Shown here: piece by piece, positions 63,542 through 64,000 of the stretch | Layout of the letters: the number at the start of each line of letters is the position of its first letter | Position numbering within the stretch: position 1 is the stretch's first letter | NCBI GenBank assembly: GCA_944360075.1 | Contig: CALVTE010000002.1 | Coordinates: forward strand, 14,638 to 78,637 | Length of the DNA stretch: 64,000 nt | Direction of reading: 5' to 3' | DNA from: an uncultured Clostridia bacterium | GTDB lineage: Bacteria; Bacillota; Clostridia; Christensenellales; UBA1242 | Made by a program: the position numbers and the translations under genes | Notes under the pieces: generated by a model | What the model was told of the DNA's origin: nothing | The model's database searches: none | Seen by the model: the letters and a program-made list of their open reading frames with translations, nothing else

Positions 63542-64000
63542 TACAATTTCATATTTTTCTTTAACTTTTTGAGTGATTTCGTCGTAAACATCTTGATGTT
63601 CTTCCAAAAACTGTTTGACATTTTCTTTGCCCTGTCCAATTTTTTCATCGTTATAAGAAAACCAAGAGCCTGATTTTTGAATAATGTCAGCATTGAGCGC
63701 AAGGTCAACCACGCATCCAGACTGAGATATTCCCTTGCCGTAGATAATGTCAAATTCTGCTGTTTTGAATGGTGGAGCAAGTTTGTTTTTGACCACCTTG
63801 ACAACCGTTCTGTTGCCCACAATGTTTGCACCATCTTTGATGGAGTCTTTTCTGCGCACATCAAGGCGAATGCTTGCGTAAAACTTTAAGGCCTTGCCGC
63901 CCGTTGTTGTTTCAGGCGAGCCAAACATAACCCCCACTTTTTCACGCAACTGATTGATGAAAATGACTGTTGTGTTGCTTTTGTTGATAACGCCCGTCAA
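63539..64000 (-). CDS. recA: recombinase RecA, C-terminal 153 codons (gene runs off the right edge)
   Basis: [38 protein letters not shown] is canonical RecA. Confidence 0.95.
   Translation of the reverse strand: MTGVINKSNTTVIFINQLREKVGVMFGSPETTTGGKALKFYASIRLDVRRKDSIKDGANIVGNRTVVKVVKNKLAPPFKTAEFDIIYGKGISQSGCVVDLALNADIIQKSGSWFSYNDEKIGQGKENVKQFLEEHQDVYDEITQKVKEKYEIV

Noticed and set aside
1-64000. Looked for tRNA, rRNA or tmRNA genes, CRISPR repeats, IS elements or transposases, integrases and prophage genes.
   Set aside because: None was recognised in any intergenic region or ORF. This was inspection by eye, so short or degenerate elements could have been missed.

Overview
This is an AT-rich core chromosomal segment from what looks like an endospore-forming Firmicute with Clostridia/Bacilli-type gene order. 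GC content was not computed. I could support about 67 protein genes, and nearly all of them are on the minus strand, which suggests one replication direction across the window.

Reading the minus strand from right to left, the recognisable blocks are:
- recA (partial); PBP1A lies on the plus strand just before it.
- miaB-mutS-mutL-miaA-ynbB.
- A dac / spoIIM-like / scpA-scpB / spoIVFB-like cluster.
- A membrane cyclase-like gene, a TM2 gene and mnmA.
- pta-ackA, rpmF, and plsX-rnc-smc-ftsY.
- sigK.
- rnpB (RNase P RNA), followed by an orphan gene, rarA, a CAT-fold acyltransferase-like gene, polA and a HAD hydrolase.
- ruvX-DUF1292.
- A T-box leader and thrS, then yajC, then secD-secF.
- rpsB-tsf, then frr-uppS-cdsA-rseP.
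- A PolC-like exonuclease-only gene.
- rimP-nusA-ylxR-ylxQ-infB-rbfA-nrnA-truB (truB partial).

I found no CRISPR array, tRNA, rRNA, transposase or integrase. Many promoters match TTGACA-17-TATAAT exactly or nearly, and intrinsic terminators are easy to read.

The items most worth a second look are:
1. A protein next to sigK that carries two tandem, motif-degenerate diadenylate-cyclase-like (DAC) modules.
2. A 510-aa protein at the canonical polC position that has the PolC N-terminal, OB and exonuclease layout but no PHP or polymerase part.
3. A self-contained two-gene orphan cassette with a probably leaderless start.
4. A 407-aa orphan wedged between rnpB and rarA.
5. A membrane HAMP/cyclase-like/TPR protein in an operon with a zinc-ribbon TM2 protein and mnmA.
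6. Lineage-specific domain losses (ThrS without TGS, MiaB without TRAM) and lysine-rich tail gains on several housekeeping proteins.

All functional calls rest on motif recognition by eye and on synteny. No database search was run.
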